IMG/VR virus record: IMGVR_UViG_3300021505_000001
Coordinates: 91,703 to 155,702 of that record
Length of the DNA: 64,000 bases
Reading direction: 5' to 3' (one strand)
Origin: a virus
Below are positions 1 to 8,982 of the stretch, in pieces. The translations under genes were made by a program, and so were the position numbers. Below the pieces are notes generated by a model. That model saw nothing but the letters and a program-made list of their open reading frames with translations, made no database searches and had not been told where the DNA came from. Each line of letters starts with the position of its first letter. Within the stretch, counting starts at the first letter, position 1.

Positions 1-748
1 AAAGATGTAAGTGAATTTGTCTATCATTAGAGATTGTTCCCCAACTATTCCAAAAGCCAAGCTCTCTTTCTGTTATACCCTGTATTCCTTCCTGAGCTAT
101 ATTATATTTGACTCTATGATATTGAACAGCAGTATCGGTTAATAGTATTAAATATACTGATTCTGAATCAGAATCAATTTTGTATCTTATAAGGTATTCT
201 GAACTGTACTCTTTATAAGTTGTATTAGTTAGTTTTATATTATAGAAACTTTGATGTTTATTTCCTAAATGTATTGTATAACTAGAAACATTTGAGACAT
301 AAAAAAGTATATTGTATTTTGATTCATTTATTTTCGTTAAAGAATATCTTATGTAATAGTCAGATTTATGACTTGTTGATAGTCTAATGCTATAACTAAC
401 TATATTTTCTGTGCCGAATCTATGTAATATGTAATAAGGGCTTTCAAATATGGATAAATAGATATCATAGTTTAGAATATTGTATTTGGAGACATGATTG
501 TTGATTAACCGTATTCCATAATTAGAAGCATGCAGTGTAGTAGCTTTAAATCGTTTAATATCATACTTAGAGCGATGATTATTATTTAATAATACCTTAT
601 AAACAGAAGTATGTAATGTAGTAGCTTCAAATCGTTTAATATCATATTTAGAGCGATGAGTAGCTAATTCTCTAATACTATAAACACTATTGTGGATAGT
701 AGTGATTGATGTGCGTGGTGTTTCTCTGAATATAGTTAGTATAGGCAT
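1..748 (-). CDS. Partial (runs off window) T/S/Y-rich repeat protein, probable virion fibre/baseplate-associated protein; not in ORF track
   Basis: ATG at 748 opens MPILTIFRETPRTSITTIHNSVYSIRELATHRSKYDIKRF..., with no stop to the window edge. Internal HxSxY repeats. TAAAACATT motif about 46 nt upstream. Confidence 0.7.
   Translation of the reverse strand, partial: MPILTIFRETPRTSITTIHNSVYSIRELATHRSKYDIKRFEATTLHTSVYKVLLNNNHRSKYDIKRFKATTLHASNYGIRLINNHVSKYNILNYDIYLSIFESPYYILHRFGTENIVSYSIRLSTSHKSDYYIRYSLTKINESKYNILFYVSNVSSYTIHLGNKHQSFYNIKLTNTTYKEYSSEYLIRYKIDSDSESVYLILLTDTAVQYHRVKYNIAQEGIQGITERELGFWNSWGTISNDRQIHLHL
536..659. repeat. 43-bp near-identical direct repeat with 81-nt period (536-578, 617-659)
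   Basis: tgtagtagct(t/c)aaatcgtttaatatcata(c/t)ttagagcgatga occurs twice and encodes HRSKYDIKRF(E/K)ATT. Confidence 0.9.
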
Positions 749-811
749 TTAGAGATTATAGTCCTATCTTTTTTAAATGGTTAAGTTTTTTTGAATGTTT
801 TACTTATAATA

Positions 812-847
812 AAAAAGCCTCATATGATTTAACATATGAGGCTTTTT
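812..847. terminator. Intrinsic terminator (bidirectional-looking)
   Basis: aaaaagcctcatatg-atttaa-catatgaggcttttt perfect hairpin flanked by A/T tracts. Confidence 0.85.
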
Positions 848-870
848 GGATTTCTTTATAGATTTTCTGC

Positions 871-1194
871 CTATCTTTCGATTTTATAATAGATTTCATC
901 TAGGATATATTCCTGAGTTTCTTCATCGGGAATTTCTCCACTTTTTGTTATATATTCTAAATCAAATCCTTTTTTGTCTGTTTCAAAAATACGTACTGTA
1001 AAATGAAACCATCCAATATAAAAACCAAGTTCGTTCATCAGATGATAACTTCCACTAAGAAGAATATCACTACCAACAATTTTGATACTCCACTCAGCAT
1101 CAAATCCACTCCCAGATGGCAATATGTCATACCAACTAGAACTTTCTATAATTTCTTTAAAGGCTCTGAAAACATTTAAAAATGTAATACTCAT
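871..1194 (-). CDS. Hypothetical protein
   Basis: 107-aa ORF directly downstream of 1196-1378 and followed by a terminator. Confidence 0.65.
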   Translation of the reverse strand: MSITFLNVFRAFKEIIESSSWYDILPSGSGFDAEWSIKIVGSDILLSGSYHLMNELGFYIGWFHFTVRIFETDKKGFDLEYITKSGEIPDEETQEYILDEIYYKIER

Positions 1195-1195
1195 T

Positions 1196-1378
1196 TTAAC
1201 ACCAAGAACTTTTCTTCAATTGTTTATTTGTAAAGTTACGAATGTATACTTTTTCTTCTTCTTTTTTATAAAGGACATTAAGAGGACCCCAATCATAACA
1301 TGCTCCTCTTTCCAATATTCTAATCTCAGTATCATCAGGGATATTTTTTAGCCTATCTATTAATTCTTTCTTTTTCAT
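1196..1378 (-). CDS. Hypothetical protein
   Basis: 60-aa ORF with GAGGAG SD. Confidence 0.6.
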   Translation of the reverse strand: MKKKELIDRLKNIPDDTEIRILERGACYDWGPLNVLYKKEEEKVYIRNFTNKQLKKSSWC

Positions 1379-1553
1379 AGTTAACTCCTCATTTTTTACT
1401 TGACTACTTTTGAAGGAATCTATATAATTATACTTATTAAAATTAATATTTAAAGAAAAATGTTGATATGTCTTTTTTGTGAATTGGGTGAGATTAAAGT
1501 GTAGGAAATTATTGAAGATTTTAAATATGTAAAGATTGCTATGAATAATACTC

Positions 1554-1766
1554 CTAAATAAAGGTTCTTCCTCTGTATTTATTAAATACTTCCCATATTT
1601 GTGAGTATTTTTCAGTAGATGGTGGTATACCTCCTGTCAATTTACCGTCTACTACTAAAGGTGGGGTTCCAAAGAGTTCCCCACCTTTTTCTTTTAGAAA
1701 TTCATGATAGAATTTTCTTTTTAAACTTTTAAATTTTTCAAGTTGTCTTAAAGTTGATGCCTGCAT
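1554..1766 (-). CDS. Hypothetical protein
   Basis: 70-aa ORF translationally coupled (TAATG) to the upstream gene. Confidence 0.6.
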   Translation of the reverse strand: MQASTLRQLEKFKSLKRKFYHEFLKEKGGELFGTPPLVVDGKLTGGIPPSTEKYSQIWEVFNKYRGRTFI

Positions 1767-2521
1767 TAAATTAATCCTAAACCATCCCCATCATAATCTA
1801 TAGCTATTGAGCTGATGATTCTATCTTTTCTTCTTTGTAAGCTTCTCGTTATACTTTCTGTGGCTGGAACATTAAATGATACAGAAAGTCCAGAAAGAGA
1901 AACACTTCTGATTCCTCCCTCTGATGAAAATGTATCTGATTGATAGATATGTAACATCATATTTATTTCAAAGAGTTCTTTAAATATTGTGATCATATTA
2001 ATAGGTATTTCATCAAGGGTAAAATACCTATTATACAATGCTACATATTTAATGTTTGGTTTCAGTTTTATATTTGTTCCACTAAGAAAATATTTGGATA
2101 CATGGGTATCAAAATATTCCTTTACAATATATAGACTTTCTTTTACAGCTAATGCCCCCTTTAATGACCCGCTTTGATATGCATAGGATAATGGAACTGA
2201 AGGATTTGAATATCCATAATGAGAATAGAAAAGAGTCCTCAATTCATCGACAATCAAATCCTTTTCACGTAGTATAATAAATTCCATAAAGTTTTCGTCA
2301 ATGGTATCATAAACATTAACCAGGACATACTCATCATTTGGGTTAGCAGGGGGTGGTGAAGTAAATTCTTTCTCTTCAAGTATAGGTGTATTTTCAGACA
2401 TCTCATTCATCGTTAGTTGTGCGATGAAATTAAGCATATCTGTATACTTTGCTACATCTGTAATTTCAAAAGGTGGATGTTGAAGGAAATAATTTATTAC
2501 ATCTTGAGCTGATAATGCCAT
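1766..2521 (-). CDS. Putative neck / head-tail adaptor protein
   Basis: C-terminal GGIRSVSLSGLSVSF beta-hairpin followed by a helix, as in head-completion adaptors. Lies near the portal. Confidence 0.45.
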   Translation of the reverse strand: MALSAQDVINYFLQHPPFEITDVAKYTDMLNFIAQLTMNEMSENTPILEEKEFTSPPPANPNDEYVLVNVYDTIDENFMEFIILREKDLIVDELRTLFYSHYGYSNPSVPLSYAYQSGSLKGALAVKESLYIVKEYFDTHVSKYFLSGTNIKLKPNIKYVALYNRYFTLDEIPINMITIFKELFEINMMLHIYQSDTFSSEGGIRSVSLSGLSVSFNVPATESITRSLQRRKDRIISSIAIDYDGDGLGLI

Positions 2522-2548
2522 TTTAACTACCCGTTTTTTAAAGTGTTT

Positions 2549-3025
2549 TTAAATTCCAACATTTTCATTTTTTATTGGTTCATATGCCAAGTAACGAATA
2601 AAATTCACAAAATCAATAAAATCTCCATAGTACATTCTTAGGCTACCAAGATAGTTACCAACATCTGAACCATAATATTTGTCTACTATTGGACTCATTA
2701 CCTTTACAATATTTTGTCTTGATGGAAGTTTTTTATTAAGCCAAACTTCAATAATCTCTAAATCAATATCCATTGATTCTACTATTTCTTTAGCTACTAA
2801 TGAATCTATAGGAATATACTTTTTTAAATTGCCTTCAAAAACTATACGAACTTTTAACATAATAAGTTTTTTAGTTTCTAAAGCCTCTCTATTTGCATGA
2901 GAAGTTCCTTTGTATAATCTTATAGATACAAGTTTTCTGTTAAGTTTATCTTCCTCAATCTTGATGCCAACATTCCCTTCAGGGATTTTAACATCTACCT
3001 TTTCTTTTACTACATTTATAGACAT
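2549..3025 (-). CDS. Hypothetical protein
   Basis: 158-aa ORF in a tightly packed operon. Confidence 0.7.
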   Translation of the reverse strand: MSINVVKEKVDVKIPEGNVGIKIEEDKLNRKLVSIRLYKGTSHANREALETKKLIMLKVRIVFEGNLKKYIPIDSLVAKEIVESMDIDLEIIEVWLNKKLPSRQNIVKVMSPIVDKYYGSDVGNYLGSLRMYYGDFIDFVNFIRYLAYEPIKNENVGI

Positions 3026-3035
3026 ATAAATACCT

Positions 3036-3353
3036 TTACTTACTGTTCAGTAGTTTAGCATTTTTTATTATGGACATTATTTTATTAAATAACTGTTGTA
3101 TTTTTTCAGAAACTTTGTTTGCTTCTTTTACTGTTGCTATACCTACCATATAGGAATAATTCTCTATATTTTCAACAACTACTTTTCCGTATATTAATTT
3201 ATTTTTGGAAGTCTTTGCAGACAGTTTTTCCAATGTAGGGGTTAAATATCTTGATACGGGAACTTTTACAAAAACCAAAATATAGTCTTTGTCCATTAAT
3301 TTTATCTCTATTTTTGCATTACTGTTAAGCATTTTTTCTAAAACTTTTTCCAT
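3036..3353 (-). CDS. Hypothetical protein
   Basis: 105-aa ORF with AGGAG SD. Confidence 0.7.
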   Translation of the reverse strand: MEKVLEKMLNSNAKIEIKLMDKDYILVFVKVPVSRYLTPTLEKLSAKTSKNKLIYGKVVVENIENYSYMVGIATVKEANKVSEKIQQLFNKIMSIIKNAKLLNSK

Positions 3354-3366
3354 TTTTTTAATCTCC

Positions 3367-5079
3367 TTAAACGATAGCTTTAACTGGGTTTACAATTATA
3401 GCCCTATCCTCTCTCATAGAAATTATGTTTTGTTTTTTCACTGTTAATTTTATTGTATTTTCTCTTGGTTCCATATAAACAGCTTCTAATGGACGTGCTT
3501 TCCTATATAACTGTCCATCTAAAACTTCTTTTTTTGGAAGGGGTAAAAATACATCGATTTTATTACTATTTATTTTATCAGAAATATTATTTTTTGCTGT
3601 TACTATGAATTTAGCTAATTCATCTCCTTTCAAATTTATATAGTTACGTAATATTTTTATTATAATTATTGGGGTAAACACAGAAGGTTGTATATACTGT
3701 ATTGTTTGATATGGTACATAATGGAGTTTTTCTACTTTAGCTATTAATAGCTGAAGTAGAAAATACTGTAGTGTGGGTTTAGAATTTTCTAACTGAATAT
3801 TATAAATTTCATTTATACCATGTCCTATCTTTAATAGTTTACTATCAAATGTTGTCAATGAAGCCATTATATCTGCTGGTAATAAATGAATTGCTAAACC
3901 ACTAAGTAAAATCAATCCATCATTATAGTCAATTGATGAAGCTACTGATATTACCATATCTTTATAACGCAAAGCATTTTCTTTATGTAATGCAGCTAAA
4001 ACACTTGCTTTATCAGAGGCGTCTAAATTTACATCGAACAATATTGTTTCAAGACTTTTGTTGTTTCTTTCTATTGAACTTATTTGTTTCCCTATTACTG
4101 TATTTAAAGAATCAATAATTTCCGTGTAACGTTTTCCATCCATCCTTTTTAATATTAAGGCATGATATAGAGTAACGTTACGTTGGAAATTTGATAAATC
4201 ATCAGAAAGAGAAACATCTACAAGAAGTTTACCTAATAATGCTATCCAAAATTCTTTGTTTGCAAAGTAATTCTTTGGTAGAAGAGACAAATTATGTGTT
4301 ACAAAGGATGCATCTTTTAAAGACTTAGAAGATATAAACTGAGATATAATACCAACTATTTTATTTGGATGAGGGTTTACATAATTAAGAAATTTTGAGA
4401 ATTCATTTCCAAAATTAACTGGGTCTTTTATGTTAGACACTTTAAGTTTGTATGTTACAATATTTCCAAGTTCTTTATTTTCATGTGGTTCTTCAGGAAT
4501 AATATTATTTTCTATTAGTTCTTTAGTTTTTTCATAACCAATAATTTTAAAGGGTAATTTGGGAATTAAAGGAAAAGTCAAAGGCTCTACAGCTTGTTCT
4601 TTTACTTTTGTATTTCTTTTCTTACGTTTTAGCCCTTTTTGTTTTTTTGTTTTAGTTATAAGTTGAAAATCAGTTTTAGTTTTGCTGTTTTTAAAATTAT
4701 CACGTATTGTTTTTTGATAAACTTTATCCTGTGTTAGAACATAAGCATATGTCGCTTGGTTTAATCTACTGCGTTTCTCTTTGTGAGATGTTATGGCATC
4801 AAATGTTTGGCTTCTTTTATGTATATTTTGCCATATATTACTATCTTTGGGAAAGAGTTTTCTAAGGTTTGTAATATCTTTTGTATTTACGGTCTGCTCT
4901 ACTTTATCATAGTTGGGAATTCTTAACAAGTACGATTTGGCAGGAATCTCCTGAGCTTTCTTGATCATTTGCTGTAATTTTTCAGGACGAATGTAATAAG
5001 TCCTAAAAATTACACCTTTTCTTGGGTCAACAGCCCCTTTTAATACTGGTACTAAATATGTGCTTGATTTGAAAGGCAT
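3367..5079 (-). CDS. Hypothetical protein with basic N-terminus and RTYY motif (candidate internal head protein)
   Basis: 570-aa ORF; N-terminal LVPVLKGAVDPRKGVIFRTYYIRP. Confidence 0.7.
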   Translation of the reverse strand: MPFKSSTYLVPVLKGAVDPRKGVIFRTYYIRPEKLQQMIKKAQEIPAKSYLLRIPNYDKVEQTVNTKDITNLRKLFPKDSNIWQNIHKRSQTFDAITSHKEKRSRLNQATYAYVLTQDKVYQKTIRDNFKNSKTKTDFQLITKTKKQKGLKRKKRNTKVKEQAVEPLTFPLIPKLPFKIIGYEKTKELIENNIIPEEPHENKELGNIVTYKLKVSNIKDPVNFGNEFSKFLNYVNPHPNKIVGIISQFISSKSLKDASFVTHNLSLLPKNYFANKEFWIALLGKLLVDVSLSDDLSNFQRNVTLYHALILKRMDGKRYTEIIDSLNTVIGKQISSIERNNKSLETILFDVNLDASDKASVLAALHKENALRYKDMVISVASSIDYNDGLILLSGLAIHLLPADIMASLTTFDSKLLKIGHGINEIYNIQLENSKPTLQYFLLQLLIAKVEKLHYVPYQTIQYIQPSVFTPIIIIKILRNYINLKGDELAKFIVTAKNNISDKINSNKIDVFLPLPKKEVLDGQLYRKARPLEAVYMEPRENTIKLTVKKQNIISMREDRAIIVNPVKAIV

Positions 5080-5112
5080 CTGTTTTCTTCTTTCACTTGG
5101 TTTTGTTTAAGT

Positions 5113-5364
5113 TTAAATTCCACAGAAAAATTGTTTGGCTGCGTTGGGGTCAATTCCCTGTTTAGCAAAATCATCATAATTATTGATTTCTTTAAGATTA
5201 AGAGTGCCTTTTTCCAATTTCTTTGGAGTTAAAGTTTCTTTCTTTCCTTTTTTACGTCCTTTCTGTGGGTCAATATAATAAGTTCTTTCAAATGAGGTTT
5301 CTTTCTTTTTATCAAAAACTGTCTTTTTAATTGGAACAAGTTTTCCTAAATTTTTACGAGACAT
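5113..5364 (-). CDS. Small basic protein with RTYY motif (start revised to ATG 5364)
   Basis: MSRKNLGKLVPIKKTVFDKKKETSFERTYYIDP; Lys-rich. Confidence 0.6.
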   Translation of the reverse strand: MSRKNLGKLVPIKKTVFDKKKETSFERTYYIDPQKGRKKGKKETLTPKKLEKGTLNLKEINNYDDFAKQGIDPNAAKQFFCGI

Positions 5365-5439
5365 TTTATAATACCCATTTTTTGTTTTTAATAGATTTCT
5401 TAGATATATATACAAATATTACTTTCCATAATTATATAA

Positions 5440-5462
5440 AATGTTTTATCCTATAAAACATT
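5440..5462. promoter_or_regulatory. Back-to-back putative late promoters (TAAAACATT on both strands)
   Basis: aatgtttta (5440-5448) and taaaacatt (5454-5462) sit between divergent genes. Confidence 0.6.
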
Positions 5463-5488
5463 AAAAAAACTTAAATAAGGAGGTTCCA

Positions 5489-5920
5489 ATGAAGGTTCAG
5501 CTTATTACAAATACTAAACAGTTATCTACTATGAAAAACTATCCTGAGAATGTAGGACATGTTTTTGCATCCAAAGGTGAGGACAAGATATTTCTTATAA
5601 CTCTTATTCCTGTAGCTGAGGGAACTTATGAAGTTAGAAGAATGCCAAAAGAAAAGGATTTTAAGTATTTTCTTAAAAAGGCACAAGTAGGAGAGATTTA
5701 TGATTCTTTTGAACAATATCTTAAAGAAGTCCGTAATTTTGAAGTACTTACTTCTGAAGAAACAAAATTGTTGGAGAAATATAAGGTTGATATAGAATTG
5801 AAGAAGGTAACATCTACAATATTTCATGCTTTGGATTGGACGGAAACAGTCAATTACAATATGGAACCAAAAAACGTAAATCCAACAATAGAAAAAGTAA
5901 TGGAGGCTATTCATGGATAA
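5489..5920 (+). CDS. Hypothetical protein
   Basis: 143-aa ORF with AGGAGG SD; first gene of the portal operon. Confidence 0.8.
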   Translation: MKVQLITNTKQLSTMKNYPENVGHVFASKGEDKIFLITLIPVAEGTYEVRRMPKEKDFKYFLKKAQVGEIYDSFEQYLKEVRNFEVLTSEETKLLEKYKVDIELKKVTSTIFHALDWTETVNYNMEPKNVNPTIEKVMEAIHG

Positions 5921-7043
5921 GATACTTGTTTTTTTGGAAGATGAAACAACTCACCTTGAAGATGACAGAGTAGAAGAAAAATATGTTAGAAGAGGACCTT
6001 CTGCACATATTAAAAGAAGAATTCGTCCTGTAAAAATTTTACAGACTTCTAAAAAAGGGAATACTTTTTATAGAACTTATTATGTCGGTGATAAAAAACA
6101 CGAAAAGTACAGTCGTGAATTTATGCGTTCTGTACTAAGTGGAGAAAGGTATCCAAAATATATTGCTTATAATGCAAAAGCAGATGCTAAAATGAATCAA
6201 TCAGAAGTTCCTAGAGAATTTAGAGATGTTCTTGATAAATGGTCAAATACACATGTCTTTGCATCTGGTATGGAACAAGCCTATACAGATTATCGTGGGC
6301 ATCTTATTGATACAGAAGGAAGAAGATATATCCGCAATCCTGAAAATAATTCTGATAGGATTGTTTACAGTGATGGTTCTTTTATTGAATCTAAAATGAA
6401 AATGAGTCGTAATGATGATGGAGTAGATATACAATATAATAATCGTTATCGTTCATCTCAAGGAGTTGAAAGTAGAAGTAGTATATTAGCTACTGCTAAA
6501 GCAGAAGGAAACAGAAGAATTTTAGAGATTAAAAGTATAAATAACTATCATAATGAGGAACTAGGTTTATTCCTTACTAATATGGCAAAGAAATTTAATA
6601 CTATTAAATTTTCAAGTCAAACAAGACTTACTAATCCTGATACATTGTTTACATTATTACAAATGGGTATGAAAGCAGGTGATCGTCCGAGTAAATTCAA
6701 TAAATTTAAAGGTTTTTTTACAGAGGGTTTAGAGAGTGCTGATGGAGTTAGTAATGGTATGAAAGCAAAGTTAAAACAAACAATAAATCAATCAAGAAAT
6801 ATGGACGATTGGTTTTTCAGAATGGTAAAAAGTGGGATGACTGGGGAAGTACCTACTTGGGTAAAAAGTCAAGTTTTTGCTTATCTTGGTACAATAGGAG
6901 TTTCAAATTTTAAAATGGACCTTAATAAAGATAGAGCCAGTACTAAATCTTTAACTCAATTACACAGTTATATGTTACAAATAAGTCCAGATAATGATTA
7001 TCATAAAGGGTATATTCAATATAAAAAAGAAAGACATGCCTAA
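5913..7043 (+). CDS. Hypothetical protein with acidic leader and RTYY motif (candidate internal head protein)
   Basis: 376 aa; acidic N-terminus ending VEE, then IRPVKILQTSKKGNTFYRTYYVG. Confidence 0.7.
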   Translation: MDKILVFLEDETTHLEDDRVEEKYVRRGPSAHIKRRIRPVKILQTSKKGNTFYRTYYVGDKKHEKYSREFMRSVLSGERYPKYIAYNAKADAKMNQSEVPREFRDVLDKWSNTHVFASGMEQAYTDYRGHLIDTEGRRYIRNPENNSDRIVYSDGSFIESKMKMSRNDDGVDIQYNNRYRSSQGVESRSSILATAKAEGNRRILEIKSINNYHNEELGLFLTNMAKKFNTIKFSSQTRLTNPDTLFTLLQMGMKAGDRPSKFNKFKGFFTEGLESADGVSNGMKAKLKQTINQSRNMDDWFFRMVKSGMTGEVPTWVKSQVFAYLGTIGVSNFKMDLNKDRASTKSLTQLHSYMLQISPDNDYHKGYIQYKKERHA

Positions 7044-7069
7044 ATTTAATAAGATACGGAGAGTAAATT

Positions 7070-8815
7070 ATGTTTTCAATGTTTAAAAGGTCTTCAAGTG
7101 AGGAATCTCAATCTCCAATTGAAATGAAATTGGATTTTGATAAATTACAAGATGACTTATTTAAAAATGGGTATACTAAAGAACAAGTAGAATCTGTTAT
7201 AGAAAGATTGGATGATAATCTTTCCGAAACTGTAAGTGAAAAACGAGTTTTAAGTTATGATGATTTTTTTGGTGCAGTTACACAAGCTATAGGAGGAATA
7301 TATGATATTCCAGGTAATAGATTAAAATTATGTGATGAAATAGATAACTTTGTAGACCAAAATCCTGAAGTAAGCAATTCAGTTAAACTTTATGCTTCCT
7401 ATATTGTTTTTGGAGCTGCTGAAATAAAAATGGATGAATATGAAGTTGTTTTATCCGGTGATGATACAAATGTTGTTTCAGCGGCTTATGAATATATTGC
7501 TAAGTGGGAGGAACGTACTAAAATAAGACGTACATTTTTCCAAATAGCAAAAGATGTTGTTAAATATGGGGATGCTTTTTACGAAAAGATTCTTTCTAAT
7601 GACAGAGAAACTTTTGGTTTATTTTATATTCCTGCCAATACAATGTTAATAAAGTTAGATGAGTATGGACAACCTGTAAAATATTATCAAATCCTTGATA
7701 ATACTATTAAATTTGCAGATATGTCTGATATAACTCAGACACAGATACAGCAATTCATTACAGATAAAAAGGTTATAGAATTTGAACCCAATGAGATATT
7801 TCATTTTAATGATGGAACTTCAATTGGTTTTTCAGATGCCCCTATTAGAAATTTAGTTGTTTTATGGAAATTTTTTAAACTATTAGAACAAGCGTTAACA
7901 ATTCATAGAGTAACACGGGCAAGGCGTTTTATTGTATTTTTCCTTGATGTAACAGGAAAAACAAAGAAACAAATACGTGAAAGTATTAGGAATTTTACGA
8001 GAAAAATAAAACGGATATTTAATATCGATGTCAAAAGTGGAAGTCTTTATAGTAATCGTTCAACAGTAACTTCCTCTTCTGATTTAGTAATTCCTATTAC
8101 TAGTGAATCTAAAACAAAAGTTCAGACAATCCCTTCAGATCCTTCAGCTTCTAAAACAGAGGACTTATCCTTTTATCTTGAAAGACTTGTTACCAACCTT
8201 TTAACATCACACATTCTTTCTCCAAACAAAAGTGGAAAAGAAGAATATGTTGAAAAAGCTTTTCTAAGAATTGTAAAAATCTATCAGAAATTAATGTCTT
8301 ATACAATTGAGGACATTTATCATGAAATTTTATATAGAAAGGGTTTTAAAGATGTAAGAGTATCAATTACCTTTCCAAATCCTGATATGAAAGAGGAAAT
8401 AAAGCTGATTGATACTATTGTGCGTAGGATGATGATAGTTAATCAAATGATAGCAACTCTTGGAGTGGTTCCCCCAAATAAATGGGTCGTAAAATATGTA
8501 TTTAAAGATTTGAATTTTGCAGAGATAAATGAACTCACTCAAATGCTTGATTTTGAAAAAAAGAAACAAGAAAATGAAGCTGAAGGTGAGGAATCTCCTA
8601 CTTTATTTGAAGAGGAAGAAGTACCTGAAAATACAACAGAATCTTTTAAATTTGATGAAAATGAGAATATATCAGATTTTCTAATATCAGATATGTCCAG
8701 TAGAATTAATGAAAAAAAGCAACACCAAAATTTATCAAATATAGAAAGAATAGAGAAAGCCATAAATATGTCTCTACGGTATCTTGAAATGCAAAATAAA
8801 AATAATACTCCTTAA
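7070..8815 (+). CDS. Portal protein, T4 gp20-like
   Basis: KLLEQALTIHRVTRARRFIVFFLDVTG matches the gp20 pattern LxxLEDAxxIYRxTRA...xDxG. Also KYGDAFYE and a fitting size. Confidence 0.85.
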   Translation: MFSMFKRSSSEESQSPIEMKLDFDKLQDDLFKNGYTKEQVESVIERLDDNLSETVSEKRVLSYDDFFGAVTQAIGGIYDIPGNRLKLCDEIDNFVDQNPEVSNSVKLYASYIVFGAAEIKMDEYEVVLSGDDTNVVSAAYEYIAKWEERTKIRRTFFQIAKDVVKYGDAFYEKILSNDRETFGLFYIPANTMLIKLDEYGQPVKYYQILDNTIKFADMSDITQTQIQQFITDKKVIEFEPNEIFHFNDGTSIGFSDAPIRNLVVLWKFFKLLEQALTIHRVTRARRFIVFFLDVTGKTKKQIRESIRNFTRKIKRIFNIDVKSGSLYSNRSTVTSSSDLVIPITSESKTKVQTIPSDPSASKTEDLSFYLERLVTNLLTSHILSPNKSGKEEYVEKAFLRIVKIYQKLMSYTIEDIYHEILYRKGFKDVRVSITFPNPDMKEEIKLIDTIVRRMMIVNQMIATLGVVPPNKWVVKYVFKDLNFAEINELTQMLDFEKKKQENEAEGEESPTLFEEEEVPENTTESFKFDENENISDFLISDMSSRINEKKQHQNLSNIERIEKAINMSLRYLEMQNKNNTP

Positions 8816-8852
8816 ATTAGTTCCCACCTGTAATAACTTCCTTATTGTTATG

Positions 8853-8890
8853 AATCAGCTTTTATATTTAAATATAAAAGCTGATTTTTT
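8853..8890 (+). terminator. Intrinsic terminator after portal
   Basis: aatcagcttttatatt...aatataaaagctgatt hairpin followed by a T tract. Confidence 0.8.
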
Positions 8891-8982
8891 GTTTATTGTT
8901 GTATATAAATGTAAAGTTTAAGTTCATTAACATTAAAACATTCCAAAAAGAATATTATTTCTAAAAAATAGGAGTGCTTGTT

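Noticed and set aside
536-659. Direct repeats with a spacer, CRISPR-like at a glance
   Set aside because: Only two copies, in frame (81-nt period) within a CDS; no cas genes.
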